DNA of 49,500 nt, counting the filler, from Bipalium vagum (Eukaryota): the NCBI GenBank assembly GCA_037834085.1. It is 2 parts of 2 records of this genome, joined end to end, with 100 filler letters (N's around TTAATTAATTAA, not from the genome) between each part and the next. Parts side by side here need not be neighbours in the genome. Positions count along the whole stretch, not along the records: positions 1 to 22,989 come from JBBMKC010214807.1; positions 23,090 to 49,500 come from JBBMKC010149285.1. One strand, 5' to 3'. The first letter of the stretch is position 1. Each line of letters begins with the position of its first letter. Positions 13,287 to 27,300 of this stretch are shown piece after piece. The notes under the pieces are model-generated. The model was given only the letters and a program-made list of their open reading frames with translations. It ran no database searches and was not told where the DNA came from. The position numbers and the translations under genes were made by a program.

Positions 13287-16200
13287 CAGGATGACCAGAA
13301 AAACCGGGACACACATTTTTAACTAAAATTTATTAACCAAAAGAAACATAAGAAGAAATTAACAATAAATGAATCATTTTGAACTTATATATTTAATTGA
13401 TTTCGAAAATTTCACCCTTTTCGCGAATACAGCTTGCCAAACTTTTGTAAAATTTTCAATTGGCCGGAGGTCTTTGGGTGAAAAACAGCCTCATTCTCGA
13501 CTCAGAGATTTTGTCAGTGCTTCTAAATTTTGGTGACGCTCAGCACATACTCTGCTCTCCAAAATAGACCATATACTGTAGTCCATTGGGTTAAGATCCG
13601 AGGAGTATGGCGGCCGTTCTTTAGACGTGATAAAATCCGGAAAATTGGATCTGCACCATTCCTGCGTCTTTTTGGCCTTATGGGCTGGAGCGGAGTCATG
13701 TTGAAAGACTCATTCTTCGTTTTTAAAAGCTGTTTGGACCAAAGAAGTAATTCAGATTGCAATATGTCCCGTCGATATACTTCTTCGTTGATTTTCACCC
13801 CCTTATCCAAGAAAATTAGAGGAGTTTTGCCACTTGCACAGATACCACATCAGACCATGACAGATTCTGGATTTTGGAGAATAGTTTTGAATATAGTTTT
13901 GAAGTTCGCAGTAGCCTTTGGTGACCATATCATATTGTTTTGGTGATTATGGGATTGATCGATGGTAAATCACTTCTCATCTGAGAAAAGAATTCGCTCC
14001 CTGCGGTGACCTTCGACCAGCAGTTTCAGTACTCGACATCTTTGGAGTCTTACTCGTTTGTTTTTATCCGTTAAGAACTAAACTTTTTGGAACTTTTAAG
14101 GCCGTAACAGCAGTTCGTTTTTTGCTATCATTCGAACAGATTCGCGTTTGAGCTCAGTCTCACGGGCGACTTTTCTCATGGAAAGTCTGTGATTTCGCTT
14201 GATCCTCTTACTAATGATTTGGCGATTAGAAGAAATATTGATAGTCTGTTTCCTTCCATTTCCTGGACGCCGACCGCTATGGCCAAGTTCCTTGAATCAC
14301 CGAATGACGTCAGAGATTGTTTGTTTTGGGACATTCAACAATCGACTATTTTCACAGACCTTTTCCAAAAAGAAAAAATTCAAAAATTACCTCACGTTTA
14401 TTTGACATTTAAAAATAAAGATGATTAAACATTAAAAAACTAAAGATGATCAATATTTAAACAAAGAAAAAAATCATAATACTAACACGTGCCTAGTTTT
14501 CAATAAACGAAAAACTATAATAATAAAACAAAAAAGTTTCTTTCAAGTTTCAAGTGCAATTCCATAAAAGATTAAAAATCGAATAGATAGTAAGATTGGT
14601 TCAAAAGAACTTTACATTAGCTGAATATTTCTCTGAAAACCAGGCGAAGACTCTTGCTGTTAATGAAAAATATTTTGGCTCAATGTGTTAAAATGAAACT
14701 TTAAGTTTTTTTTACCACAAAAAGATCCTTATCATACTTATATACCTAATGATATTTCAAATATATATATATTAAAATAATTTAACATTTTTAATAATAT
14801 TTTCGAGCTAAAGATATCATATCCTGTTACTCTTCTAATAATTAAAACAAGTGATAATCATTTGACCCATCTCTTTCTTGGATAATTCGGACAAATATAC
14901 TCTCTAAAAGTAATGAAAAATATTTCCCACTATTCTCTGAAACTTACAAAAATCGTAAAATAATAAAGAAATATTTGCATGAAAGAAAGATAATTATTAT
15001 TCTTTTATTTAAATTAAAGGACAAACGCCAACTGGGATTTAGTCTCATCCTATTCAATATTTTCAAGCCGAGTTTACAATTTTCATTGAGTATAAAGAGA
15101 GCCGTATAAAATAAGGATCCAAAAATAATAAAATAAATTTAAAGTTTATATTATTTATTTATTTAATAAGCAGAATCATGTATATTCTTTAATATTAATA
15201 TAAAAAATAATTAATTAAAAATATTTTTTATATATCTTTCTTTTTTACCGGTAGCATTAGTCTGTGAAACACATATTGATAAGGATGCCAATTATTAAAT
15301 TTTTTGGAAAGTTAGTTTTTTCATTTTTAGAAATATTTAATATAATTATATTATATATTTCATAAAATAATTATTTCACGTTAGAAGATTTTAATCAAGA
15401 AGTTAAAAATTCATGAAANNNNNNNNNNNNNNNNNNNNNNNNNNNNNNNNNNNNNNNNNNNNNNNNNNNNNNNNNNNNNNNNNNNNNNNNNNNNNNNNNN
15501 NNNNNNNNNNNNNNNNNNNNNNNNNNNNNNNNNNNNNNNNNNNNNNNNNNNNNNNNNNNNNNNNNNNNNNNNNNNNNNNNNNNNNNNNNNNNNNNNNNNA
15601 TATTATTAATTCTTATTCTTATTCTTCTTCTTCTTATTATTATTATTATTTTTATTATTTTTATTATTATTATTATTGATTTTAAAATTGTAAATTACTC
15701 AAAGTAATTAGTCACTCTATTGTAATTTTTAATTGCAAGGTCATAATTAAAATAATTTAAATTATAATCATATAAAAGTTATAATAATTATATCAAATGT
15801 ACAAAACCAAAATAATTAAATATCCCATAGTCTTATAATGAAATTTATTTGAAGATCTACATGTCTCCACAAATGTATACCATTTTAAAGTCAATTTTCA
15901 ATTTTTACAAGTCCATGTTTATTTGTGTTCGAATACTAATCCAGCCGCTGTATTGACAACGTTTCTTGTCATGTTTCTTGTTTCGAGTCCTCTAACAATA
16001 AGATCCTTCAAATCTCCATTCTCATCAGCTCTCAGCATCTCCTTGATGTAAGATACCATATTAAAAAATTCAATTTTTCGATCCTTCTGTTGGCTTTTTA
16101 TCCTTACGAAATTTTTTTTAAAGTCATTGATGGTTCTCCAAACGGTATTGTATTTTATGCTGAGCGCGGAAGCAGCTTCTTTTAAGTTGTACGATTTTTC

Positions 16201-19200
16201 GAAATACATTTTCAGTAGGCTGTGTCCTTTTTCATTCGACAGATTTTGGTGTATGTTTCCTTTTGAATACAACCTATTCATATATATAAAATAATTTATA
16301 TCAAATATATAAAAGTAACTCATTATTCATTGTTATATATATTTTAATAATTCTTATTAAATTTTAAACGAAGTACAGGGTAATTTTTTATTTTATATTT
16401 ATTTTTAAATATTGTAAAAAGAATGAATTTATGTATATCAGGTAATGGTAGTCATTTCGAAAAATTGTTATAAATATTTTATATGAAATAAAAATTAAAA
16501 GATTTGTCTTTGATTTTATAAAGCAAGCGATTAAATATCTAAATCTGCTTAAGAAATATTTAAGTTTACTTTCCGCGGGGACTTATGGGACACCCTGTAC
16601 AAATGAAATATTTAAACACAATTTGAAAATTGACTTAAAATGGTACAGTTCAAACCCCTTGGTGTTATAAATATTTTCTTTATTCACATCCATTTTGACC
16701 TTGAATGACTACAGAAATAGTTAACTTAACTTAAAAAATAAACCCAGCAAAGAAATGAATTGTTTTCATAAGCATTGATTTCGTATTACGTATTTTGTTA
16801 GGGATTAACAACTTTGCTTTTTAAATATCATTTTTCGAAGTTGTTTAAATAATACACATTATTTTGGATTTCTTTTTTCAGTTTGCAATAATAGTGTACA
16901 TGTAATAATTTCTATTATAAATCGATATGATTTGGCCACCACATTTTGATCTGATCAGAAAACAATCAGAAACCCACAGGAAAAATCAAGTTAAGGGGTT
17001 GAGTTTTGCACAAATTGATAATTAGAATTTATAAAAAAAAATCTTGTGCTGCACCATTCTTTAGAATACAAACAATCCATTTTGAGCGTTTGATAAAAGG
17101 ATTTGCAAAATTGGGTAAACCGATATGGTAAAACCGATAGAGATAGGCAATAATTAAATCCTATTCAAACATCCCTGTTGGCTGTGAAATTAGTTCGGCA
17201 CCTTAAAAGTTAATATTGCGTGTTTGGTGGAACACCAATGGAATCGTACTATAAATGCCGTACTCTATGTTAGACAATTAAGGCTAAGTTATAATGTTAG
17301 ACTGCTTTAACTAATAGGAAAGCTATGCTCCTGCAATACCTTAGCGAGAGACCATACTTAGCTGAATGGGCTCGAAATGAGATACAAAATCTAAGATGGA
17401 AAGTCTTGACGCATTCACCATTTTTTCCTGAATCATCATCATTGGATTAATATTTATTTCCATCTCTTCAAAATCATTTAAATTGGCCAGAGTTTCTGAT
17501 TAAGAAAGCCGTCACATCAGAGACCATGGGTATTTTGTCTCAAAAATTACGGGATTTTTTCACACCTGCTTCTATTTACTTGTATAAGCGATATTAGTTT
17601 GTTTGTATAATAAATTTAGTAAATATAGACGTTTTTTTCTCCGATTTATCACTGTATGTATACTTTTTCACTCACAGTACAATCAAAAGACGAAATTATT
17701 TATTCCCCAACCAAATATACCACTAATGATTTTGGAAGTTTGCAGTAGAAATAAAATTCTATCAGAAATTTGTTATACTACATTGATTTTGTTAAACGTC
17801 CAAATAAATTGTTTAAATATATGGGATTTTACAGTTTAATAACTGCACTTAAATCCAATGATAATTATATTTCATTTAACACTATTATACAATGTATAAC
17901 CATATGAAATCTCTACATTTTTACATCAAGACCATTAAAAGTCTATTTTGACGTAAATGTTAGGTTTATTGAATTTCCTAAGCTTATCAATTTGTCTTTG
18001 ATGATCGGTTCATAAGTTAAGAAGGGAAAAACATCAAAAACTGGGAAAGAGAGCTTATATCCGTTTCAATAATGTTAACAAAAGATTTGGAGAAATAGCA
18101 ATTATTAATGTAAATAAAGGAGTTTTTATTCATTATCCTGTTTTTATTATTTTATGTCTATTTCGAGCTCAATAAGCTCCCTCATATACAATCTAGTAAA
18201 ACAATTGCTAAAAATTCTAAAGACATAATTTAATTTATAAATTAATATATTACGTATTAAAAATAAAAGTATAATGTGATTTCTTTTGATTCTTTTTAAA
18301 TTTCAAACCGTTCCATAATTCTATTGCCTTTTTTTAGAATTTACAAGAAGAATATCATATATTTCGTAATTTATATAAAAATAAAATATTATATTTTAGA
18401 AAATATTAGCTTTAAAATGATGATATGTCGGATATGTAATGTTGATAATATTCATATTAATAATTTTTACAGTTTGTGGCACATCCCCATTGTCAACAGT
18501 TACTTGCTTCATTATGGTATGAAGGCTTACCGGGATTTAGGAGAAGACCCTTTCTTTACAAAGTTGTCATGATCTCCGGGATATGCTTCATGTTTCCAAT
18601 GCTTGCAACGACTTACTTGATCTGCCCACGAAGTGCTGTTGCAGGCTTGATGAAAAAGCCTTTTATAAAATTTATTTGTTACAGTAGCAGCTATATGTGT
18701 TTCTTGTGTAAGTATTTATTAAATGTTAATTAATTAAAGAATCATTAATGTAATATTCATTTCTGGTAGATTAATTTTATTTTCAATTAGTTCAATATTA
18801 ACGAAAATAATAATTTTACAAAATCATTATTAAAACAAAAAATTGAGAAATACAGAGAGATCGTGAATTAATCCATTTGCTAAAATGAAATAAATAAAAT
18901 TATTTTTACTTTTATAAATAATATTAACTTTTAAAAAATATATTTATTCAAAATAATGTTATTTATTATTATTTTACTGTTTGAATGAGAAATAAAAAAT
19001 TCTCCTGGACAAAGATAAATTAATTAAATGAATTTAAATAAACCCTTTCTTAATTTATTTATGTTAATTGTAATAATTGAGAAATTTATGCAAACTAATT
19101 TTAATCATTCTCTTGAATTAAAATAATTCAATTCTTTCACTGAAAATAAATTAAATATTTAAATTTATTTACACAAAAATATTTTTCTAAATCTTCCGTA

Positions 19201-20803
19201 TATGTAATAATATTTTGTATAATAATAATAATAACAATAAAAAATATTGTGTATTTAATAAATGTTTTTCAAATACACGCTTTTTAACAAACATTTCAAA
19301 ACATAAAACATTTTATTTATTATATATATATATTTTTTTTTAAACATGTTTCCATCCTTTCATTCAGATCTTAATTCAATTTTAGTATTTCTCTCAATTA
19401 TCTTCAATTGATATTACATTCATGATTTTTTATAAATTCTTTTCATCTTTATTGTATTGAAGTGAATTTGAAGAATGTTTTTAATATTTCTAAAATTGAA
19501 AACTTTGTTCTATTAAAAATCAAAAATCTTTAAAAGATTTTAATTTTCTTAAAGTTTTTATTTTATAAAGTATTTAAAAATCTTTATGACATTGTAATTT
19601 TACAAAATATTAATTAAGTAAAACATCGATCATCCATTGATTTCTGATTTCTCCATTACTTAGTCATTATTAAAGTTTACTAGATAAATTACTGCAAAAT
19701 TCACTTTCATTTGTATATTTTTTCCATGCCATTCTTTACAACTAATAGTATGATCAAACCTTACCTGGACCACATTTTTGAGAATGATGAATAATTAGAG
19801 TTTTCAGATGACGTTATGATTATCTTATGATTAGATGACCACATTCGTGAAATTCAAATTTATAAATAATATTAACTTTTTATTATTTTATTTATTTTGC
19901 TGCTTTCCTTATCTTCGCAGTTATTGCGATTATCTTTAGGTCTTTTCCGTTTATGGTATGTAGGATTTTTTTACAATTTTTAAAAGTGAAACTATAATAA
20001 AGTTAATTTTTTATTTATTTATTGTTTATAAAAAGTATGAGAAATGAATATGTAATATTTATCTGGTTGTTACTTATGACGTTGCAGATTTTTTGTAATA
20101 TATTTTTGAATGCTTTGTTTCTGAAAAATTGCTTGAATTATCTAATTTAATACATTAAATGGAAAACTTAAAATTTCGAAAAAATTTTAAAAATGTGGTG
20201 AAACAATAAAATGGGATAAATACTGTACCGAAAACAAAAAAATGCATGAAACCGTTATCAAAAGATACCGGTATTTGTGAATGGAAAAGGTTACATTTTT
20301 TACACAGCAATGCCTGACAGAACCTCACGAATAACACTACAAACGCTAAATCAGTTGAAATATGAAATTCAACTGCATCCATATTAATATCCGGGTAAAA
20401 GCAAATGATTTGCATGTTTCAGGCTTCTTGAATTGTTATCCGCTAAAAGAAATTCACTGATCAAAATATGCTTGAAGAAAAAATTTAATAATACATGTAT
20501 TGCAATTATATAATATTTCTAGCAATTAAATGATAACTAATTAGCATGCTTTTTCTAATTAAACCTAACTAATTAAAAAAAATAAATAATACTGTAATAT
20601 ATATATAATTATTTTTAATTATTACAGAATAACAAAGCCACTTGAATAACATCAACAATAATAATAATAATAATAATATATTATATTTCCAGTGCTTCTT
20701 ATTCTCGCTGCCCTTCGTATAGAATATAATCATCTAGGAAATGATGATTACCGAGGAAATAAACCAACTACAATTGAGTGGATTCTGATCATATATATTG
20801 CAG
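5580..20803 (+). CDS. TRPC: Canonical TRP cation channel (TRPC/TRPgamma-like), 5' half; coding exons 5580-6038, 8984-9523, 18473-18707, 20693-20803; 3' exons absent from window
   Basis: All four exons join in frame through GT-AG introns (phases 0,0,1). The spliced protein has ankyrin repeats ([29 protein letters not shown]), [24 protein letters not shown], the TRP_2 Cys/His motif [44 protein letters not shown] and KPFIKFI. Confidence 0.95.
7841..8110 (+). repeat. Degenerate (ATT)n low-complexity tract
   Basis: Imperfect ATT/GTT repeats. Confidence 0.85.
8984..9523 (+). CDS. TRPC: TRPC coding exon 2 (last ankyrin repeat, TRP_2 domain, linker)
   Basis: cgcag|GCA TAT TAT...; [25 protein letters not shown]...[14 protein letters not shown]|gttagt. 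Confidence 0.95.
10700..11430 (-). mobile_element. Degenerate mariner relic in TRPC intron 2
   Basis: Minus-strand fragments [22 protein letters not shown], a WVP..L-like and a RILTLD-like segment; many stops. Confidence 0.55.
13221..13284 (+). repeat. (ATT)n microsatellite, ~21 units
   Basis: Perfect trinucleotide run. Confidence 0.97.
13287..14400 (-). mobile_element. maT-type (DD37D) Tc1/mariner transposon, degenerate, in TRPC intron 2
   Basis: TA|CAGGATGACCAGAAAAACCGGGACAC TIR-like end at the edge of an (ATT)n tract. The minus strand reads [19 protein letters not shown] and [42 protein letters not shown] (37 residues between D2 and D3), with stops and frameshifts. Confidence 0.9.
15419..15599. 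other. Assembly gap (181 N) in TRPC intron 2
   Basis: N run; TRPC exons on both sides join in frame, so this scaffold join is probably correct. Confidence 0.95.
15816..16597 (-). mobile_element. Non-autonomous Tc1/mariner-type element carrying an intact 120-aa HTH ORF (16281-15919)
   Basis: Right end TTATGGGACACCCTG|TA is a typical Tc1/mariner TIR; partial mirror TATCCCATAGTC at 15821. The ORF has the HTH-like [24 protein letters not shown] and no DDE domain. Confidence 0.6.
16900..17717 (+). mobile_element. Degenerate mariner relic in TRPC intron 2
   Basis: Fragments VWWNTNGI and [29 protein letters not shown] (cf. WEVLPHPPYSPDLAPSDYHLF); TIR-like TTATTCCCCAACCAAATA at the end. Confidence 0.7.
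18473..18707 (+). CDS. TRPC: TRPC coding exon 3 (pre-S1 elbow, start of S1)
   Basis: tttttacag|TTT GTG GCA CAT CCC = [23 protein letters not shown]...[17 protein letters not shown], then T|gtaagt. Confidence 0.95.
20693..20803 (+). CDS. TRPC: TRPC coding exon 4 (end of S1 to S2)
   Basis: tttccag|TG CTT CTT ATT...: [38 protein letters not shown]|gtaaat. Phase matches exon 3; RG..PT.IEW is the TRPC S1-S2 signature. Confidence 0.88.
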
Positions 20804-21688
20804 GTAAATAATAATGATCAGTAACTAATTATGCGATATATTCTAAAGCTTAAATGATATTAAAAGGAAAACAAGAACTGCTGTCAACAAAGAATACTTT
20901 TCTATATATAGATTTCTATGGACAGGCCCTGAAATCTAATGAAATAGCATTTTAGAATTTAATAAAATAAATCTTTAAAATACAAGAAAATAAATTTGTT
21001 TAATCTAAGTTGTAATGTTGCGACAAGTTATAAAAATGTAAAATTTCTAAAATCTATTCAAACACTCACAATTATTATATATTAAAATTGAATATTCTTA
21101 ACTCTTACTGTTCTACACTTATTAAATCAAAGTCTAAAATTAAAAAAATCAATAAAAATATAAATTATTTTATTTTGTAAAAATCACAATTAACTTTTAA
21201 ATTGAATAATTTGTTTTAATGTTCATTTTGTTAATTTTCTCCAAAATTATAAAAAGTAATTTAATTAGTAATTTTCAAAAATATTTTCACTAAATTTTTA
21301 ATTATTTTTCAAAAAAAATTATCGATTTTGACTTTCTATTGGTGTGTTTTTACCTAAATATACTTGTTATTGTTGACAAGTATTAATCAGAAGACAGTAT
21401 TTCAATGGGTTCAGGTTTTGATCTTATTTTATAATTAAGCAAATCATTTCCATTTTAATTCTCATTCTTGTATTTTACGTATTATTCAGTACAAGTAATG
21501 TCATAATTAGAAAATAATAATTGTCATATTTCTTTGGGAACGATGTTAATATAATTATAAAATATTTAATCATTTTTTTATTAGACTTTAATTTCAAAGG
21601 ATTACTAATAGATGTAATAATAAATAAAAAATTAATCAAAACCTTTTAATGATCCAATCAAAATTGATTTCAATATCACATTTCAACA

Positions 21689-22360
21689 TAGTGTAGTCCG
21701 GATATTACACAATCGGGTATTACAAAAATAAATTACTGACAATGTCGCTTGGACGAAGAATTATACATTATTTCTCCACAACATTTCATGAAAAGTGATT
21801 AGTAGTTCTATATTAACTTTATGAGTTTCTAATCTTATTTATTTATTATTTATCGCTATCAACATTTGGGAAATATATTTGAGAATATTTTTGGGCTCTG
21901 CATTTTAAAAAATACAGTGAGCATGGTTCAGTTCATCAATATAGATAAGAATTTAATAACCAACGAACTACGTGCGATGAAGATATTGATATTTCAATAA
22001 CTTCGGAAAACAGGGATTTTGCTAAGAAGGCTGTAGAAGAAGTAGATGACGACGTTTTGGAAAATTTTCAGACTCCATAAGAAGACATCCATTTACTCGA
22101 AGGGGTCCGACTGAGTTTTCTGAAGAATTCTGATACTTCAATTGATTTTTAGAGTCTAGATAAACTTCATTCTGTCATTACAGAATTTCCTTTTTCATCC
22201 TTTAATCAAACAATCTTGAAGCGGTATTTTAAAAATAAATAAAATGTTTAATGAAAAATTGTTTTGTCATTACATAATAATAATAAGTAATTACTTTTAT
22301 TATAAATCAGTTATTTGGAATTTATGACAGTAACCGTTTTGTAATATCCGAACTAAACTG
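21689..22360 (+). mobile_element. pogo/Tigger-like deletion derivative
   Basis: Imperfect TIRs TAGTGTAGTCCGGATATTAC / GTAATATCCGAACTAAACTG|TA (CAGT-type terminus). Internal acidic stretch and a C-terminal NQTILKRYFKNK* typical of pogo/Tigger transposase ends. Confidence 0.65.
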
Positions 22361-22989
22361 TACAAATATATCAGTCCTAAAATGATATATAAACTATATA
22401 TATAGGGTATATAAATGGTATAAAAACTATGCCTTGTTATGATCCATGTATTGATCATGGTTCGATACTCACTTTCCTTCAATAAATGTATATATTTTAT
22501 ATATATAATATTATTTTCAATTATGTTTATTAACTAGGAAGATTAATATTATAAAGATTCAAGCGTGTGATGTCCTTTATGGATAATTTCTCCCAAATTT
22601 GAGAAATATATTAGATATCGGTTAAAACAAGAAATATTATATGCAAATTTCATCGGCTTAGTTTTATGAAAAACAGAAGAAAATTATCAACAATAAATGA
22701 ACATTGAAAAATTGATAAATGGATAAGATTTTTCTTTCGAAGATTTCATTTAATTAACTTTATTAAGTTATAAAAAGTTTGTTTCTAAACAAATAAAATA
22801 GTGACAATGTGATTTTGTAAGAATCTCAGTAAAACAGTAAAAAGAAAATCAACTAAACTTTTTACAGTCCATTAATTAAAGTATTCTGCCTATATATTTA
22901 GTTAATCAATGATTAAAACAAATTGCATGCATTTAAATAATCGGTTCATTAATTATTTGTTTATAGAATAATTTTTTATATTAATAATA

Positions 22990-23089
22990 NNNNNNNNNNN
23001 NNNNNNNNNNNNNNNNNNNNNNNNNNNNNNNNNTTAATTAATTAANNNNNNNNNNNNNNNNNNNNNNNNNNNNNNNNNNNNNNNNNNNN
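22990..23089. other. Artificial contig spacer N44-TTAATTAATTAA-N44 (six-frame stop linker)
   Basis: Exactly 100 nt and symmetric; the central 12-mer has a stop in all six frames. Confidence 0.9.
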
Positions 23090-24085
23090 ATTATTATTAT
23101 TTATGCATTATTTATCATTTTTATTATTTATTTTTCCCCGGGGGGGTGTCTTGGTAAACCCAACAATACCAAATAATAGGAGAGGAAAGAATCTAATTAG
23201 TACATATTAAAAGCTAGAGTTTTCAAGTCCATAGTTTTATTTATTGCAAATAAAAGTTTTCAAAATTAAATTATCACATCATTGGAGTTTCACTTTATAA
23301 GCTTAAAAAGGATATTGAATTGATTTAATTGTTTTACTATCTTAAACAATTTTAATAAGTTTATTTGACAATTCTAAATATTTATTAATTTGTCATTTTA
23401 TTTTTTTATTAATATTTTTATATTATAATTTAACGTTTATCTTATGATTTTAAAATAAAAATCACTTATACTGTATACGTACTCTATATGCACACATAGC
23501 TCCAGAATGTATTAATTCTAAATGACTAGGTCAAGTAGAAAAATTTAGCTCCAGTTTCAGACAATCTTTATGATTTTTTTATTATTTAAATGAAGAAATG
23601 CTGATCGATTGAGACTCTTTATTTCCACATACTATTATTCTACATAATGTATATCAAAATTTTTTTTACTGAACATTTGATTTTGGAGTTCTTGACTCAA
23701 TCCAATTTTACTCTTTAACCCGTTTACATTAACTTTTTACTTTTCTATTATTCATTTTTTTATTTAAATTTAATCTTTATAATAAAATATTATTTAATTA
23801 ATTGACTTTTTTGACCTATTGTTGGCTTTATAATTTTTTTTACATTAAATATATTATTAAATAAATTATTATATTATTTTAAAAAATATTTGATAAAATA
23901 TTATCTAATTAATCGATTTTTTGAAATACGATTGACTTTATTGACAAAAATTGCCATGTTCATAAGTAGCTTCAAAAACTAATTAAATAAAATTTTTTAG
24001 ACAATTCAATTTATGAAAATGTTGAGTTAAAAATTAAATTAAAATCCATTTATTACAGTTATCAAAATAGGAAGTTATCACTTAC

Positions 24086-24311
24086 TCGTAATATTGCTCG
24101 GTTGGAGACATCTTATAGGCACTCTCAAGGAGATGTTGAGTCTTATTGAAACCGTCAAAACAAGTATTATTATCATTCCAGTAATTTCCACAAACACTCC
24201 AAGGTAATTTACTCGTAAAACTGGAAACCAGATAAAACAAGCAATGTGCAATGATTACGTTGTAGTAGAGTGTTAAGTACCATGTTATCATAACCATTCC
24301 ATAGCCGACAC
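24086..24311 (-). CDS. SLC6: SLC6 coding exon 3 (TM3 and EL2 with two cysteines)
   Basis: tttaaag|GT GTC GGC TAT...TAC GA|gtaagt; YYNVIIA and [11 protein letters not shown] motifs. Confidence 0.93.
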
Positions 24312-27300
24312 CTTTAAAAATGAATATTAAAATATAATGAATTAATGCGAAGAAATTTGTGAATTGTATTGAGTTAAATCAGTTGTCAATTCAATTTTGT
24401 TAAAATATATTTCTCAACTTGTGGGATATGAGATTCTTCACATCCTGTTTAGAATAATAGAAAAATCAATTAACTTAGAAAATTAAAGTACCTTTCCCCC
24501 TTATGAAAGGTCGTTATTTTCTTTTGATCTTAATTTTGAATAATTTAGTTATTTTTTGTTAAATATTAACGATATGCATATAAAATTCCGTTGTTTTAAT
24601 TATTTAAATTTAATAAGAATTAGTTTATTTAAAAATAGCTCAATTACTGAGTGTTCGTAATTTAAGATATTGTTCTACTAATTATAATATTTATCTTGGA
24701 TTCTTTGATTTCTGGTGTGAATTATTGTTTAAAATAAATTATTTTATGATAAAAATACCTTAAGTTTTTAAACTTTCCTTGTTGAATAGTTTTAATGTTA
24801 TTCTAAGTACTTGCTTTTCACGTTTCATGCTCAATTTGCAAGAATATCTTAAAATTTTCAAAAATGTTAAGAATTTTTGTGACATTTTTCTTACAGAAAC
24901 CTGTATTTCAATCCCTCTTGTAAATTTTTTCATCTTAAGAGTCGAAAGACATAAACATACCGATCTTTATAGCATTTTTATTTCGAAATTTTTAACCTAA
25001 AAGACAATGCAAAATCGACCAAAATAAGTGATATTCAGAGGTTTTGTATCTGGGGAATAAGGATCAAGGGAAATATCATCCAAATATAATTCTGCTGAGG
25101 ATTATCATAACTAATAAGTTTTATAAAATAAAATTATATATTTTAAACTCTAAAAGACCTGGTGGATAATTACTTTCCCCAGGTTAAGAATGAAAATAAC
25201 TGATTTGCCCTAACAGGGTTACATAATAATTAATTTACTTTTCACCCGAGTACGCTTTATAGTTATTTCTATCCGATTTGGACTGAAATTTCATTAGTTC
25301 GACTGATTAAGATTCAAAATTTCTTACTCCTAATTGGGCTGTTCAGAAAAAGATTACTCTTAGTTCTCAGACCCTGTGTTCATTGGCTGAAGAGGATCAT
25401 AAAAGCTTTCAGAATTAACACGCTACAGTAATTTGAGTTGAAATTCCACATTTTTCAATGTCGCAGAGTTTCGAAATACAAGTATGAAGGATATTTGTTA
25501 TAAGGTGTGATCGGGAATAAGAAACGGTCGAGATTCTCATTGGTGAGATCGCTTTATAATTATTTGTTGTTTTTATTATTTCTGGAAATTGACGAAACTG
25601 AAATTAAAGGAAAGAAATATTTAAATATATTATCTGGCATTATTAAAAATCCTAGTAAAATATTTGTGTTAAATGTGAAACAGGTGGTAAATCTTTCCGT
25701 TGACATTGAACTTATTCTGACTTATTTAGATTTAACACAAAAATAGTATTAACCTCCATCAGGTTATTCTAATAATCACGGGTGCTGCCAAATATGGTTA
25801 ATACTAAAATATGATCAAAGCACGTAAAGTGTTAAGTTTTCAAAGCAAGTTTTTTTCATGTAACATGTCCTGCGGATTTAAATCATGATTGTTCATGAGA
25901 ATAAGGACAAATTATTTTAATGTTGATAATTGTATTTCAAGAATTAAAGCAATCATAATAAAAAATAAATTCGATGCAAACTATTTCAAACATATAGGAA
26001 AGTCTCTAGAAGTTATCTTTACTCGATGGTCATAGTGCCTGAAAGCTGCATTATATTATTTGAAGAACTTGCCCGTTATTAAATCTATAGTTAATAATTT
26101 TGGGGTGGTGGGATATTAAATAAATGAGCTAAAGAGGCGTTAAGGAATGAAAACTTAGTTTCTGAATTATTGGAAATATTAAAAAATTATCATGTTCTAA
26201 TTGATATTTCAGATAAGTTTGAAGACTTAGAATATAATATTTAAAGTGGATAATACGATATATTTAACATAAATTTAGGATTAGATCCAATAGATCTGAG
26301 AAGCTATCTGCATAAAATATTAGAAGACAATGGAATATCCGATCTGCTAAAGTTTAGTAAAAAAAGAAGAATCTCCAATTGAATATTCTTATTTAAAATA
26401 ATTCCCACTTGCAAGTATTGTGGTAGAGTGAAGTTTTTCTAATTTAGAAAATCTCCTAACTAACCAAAGAAATGTTAACAGCGATAATATTTTTCACAAT
26501 ATTATAATATATTTGATGAATCAAGTTTGTATTGTAATAATTATTTTTTAAATTTTAAATGCCACTTCAATAATAAATGTCATTTTTTAAGTGCTATTTT
26601 TAAATTGCCCTACTCATTACAAATCAGAAATATTCAAAAAAATCTAATCACACCAGTTGAATCATGTGTTACAAGAATAGTACGCTAAAATTATATACCT
26701 TCTTTGAGTTTTTTGAACCATCTCGATACAGTTTTTTGTTGGTAGTATTCTAACCTTCAACTGCACAGATTTTGGCTGCAGTTGCTTGAGCGCTTAATCT
26801 TTGTTTCCATAAGAACCTAATTACTGCTCCAAGCACTATTTTTATCCATGTTATCAAACAAAATTACCGCAATTATTGATATATTGAAATAAAAACAACA
26901 TCATATTCGTATTATGTTATGACAATTAACCTTGAAATGTTTACTATATTTGATTAGCAAAACAACGAGTATTAAAAAAATAATCGACAAATAATGATGG
27001 TGATAACGTATCATAACATGTGGGACATCCTAATATATTTAGTATCAATATTAACTACGTTTTTATGTTTTTTCTTCTGATTCTAATTTTTAAATCATTA
27101 ATGGATTGTTTGGCAAGTGGATAATGAAAATAAATTAATTAATAAAATAAGAATTTTTAATTCATGATAAATTAAATCGAAATAAATTGCTACTCGATTT
27201 TAATTTTGTCTACTGTTAGACTGGATTTTGTCTTTTCAATCTGTTCGAAATTTTTTCCAGAAATCTTTGGTAATCTCAACAGTTTTTCTCCTTTTGAGAG

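Noticed and set aside
13530-13946. 138-aa plus-strand ORF
   Set aside because: Antisense shadow of the DD37D transposase.
20804-24085. Nested or interleaved TRPC/SLC6 gene pair as a functional unit
   Set aside because: The genes are separated by an artificial spacer and no further exons of either were found on the other side.
25200-26450. Possible second RLE retrotransposon relic in the SLC6 intron
   Set aside because: Only vague motif fragments; too degenerate to support.
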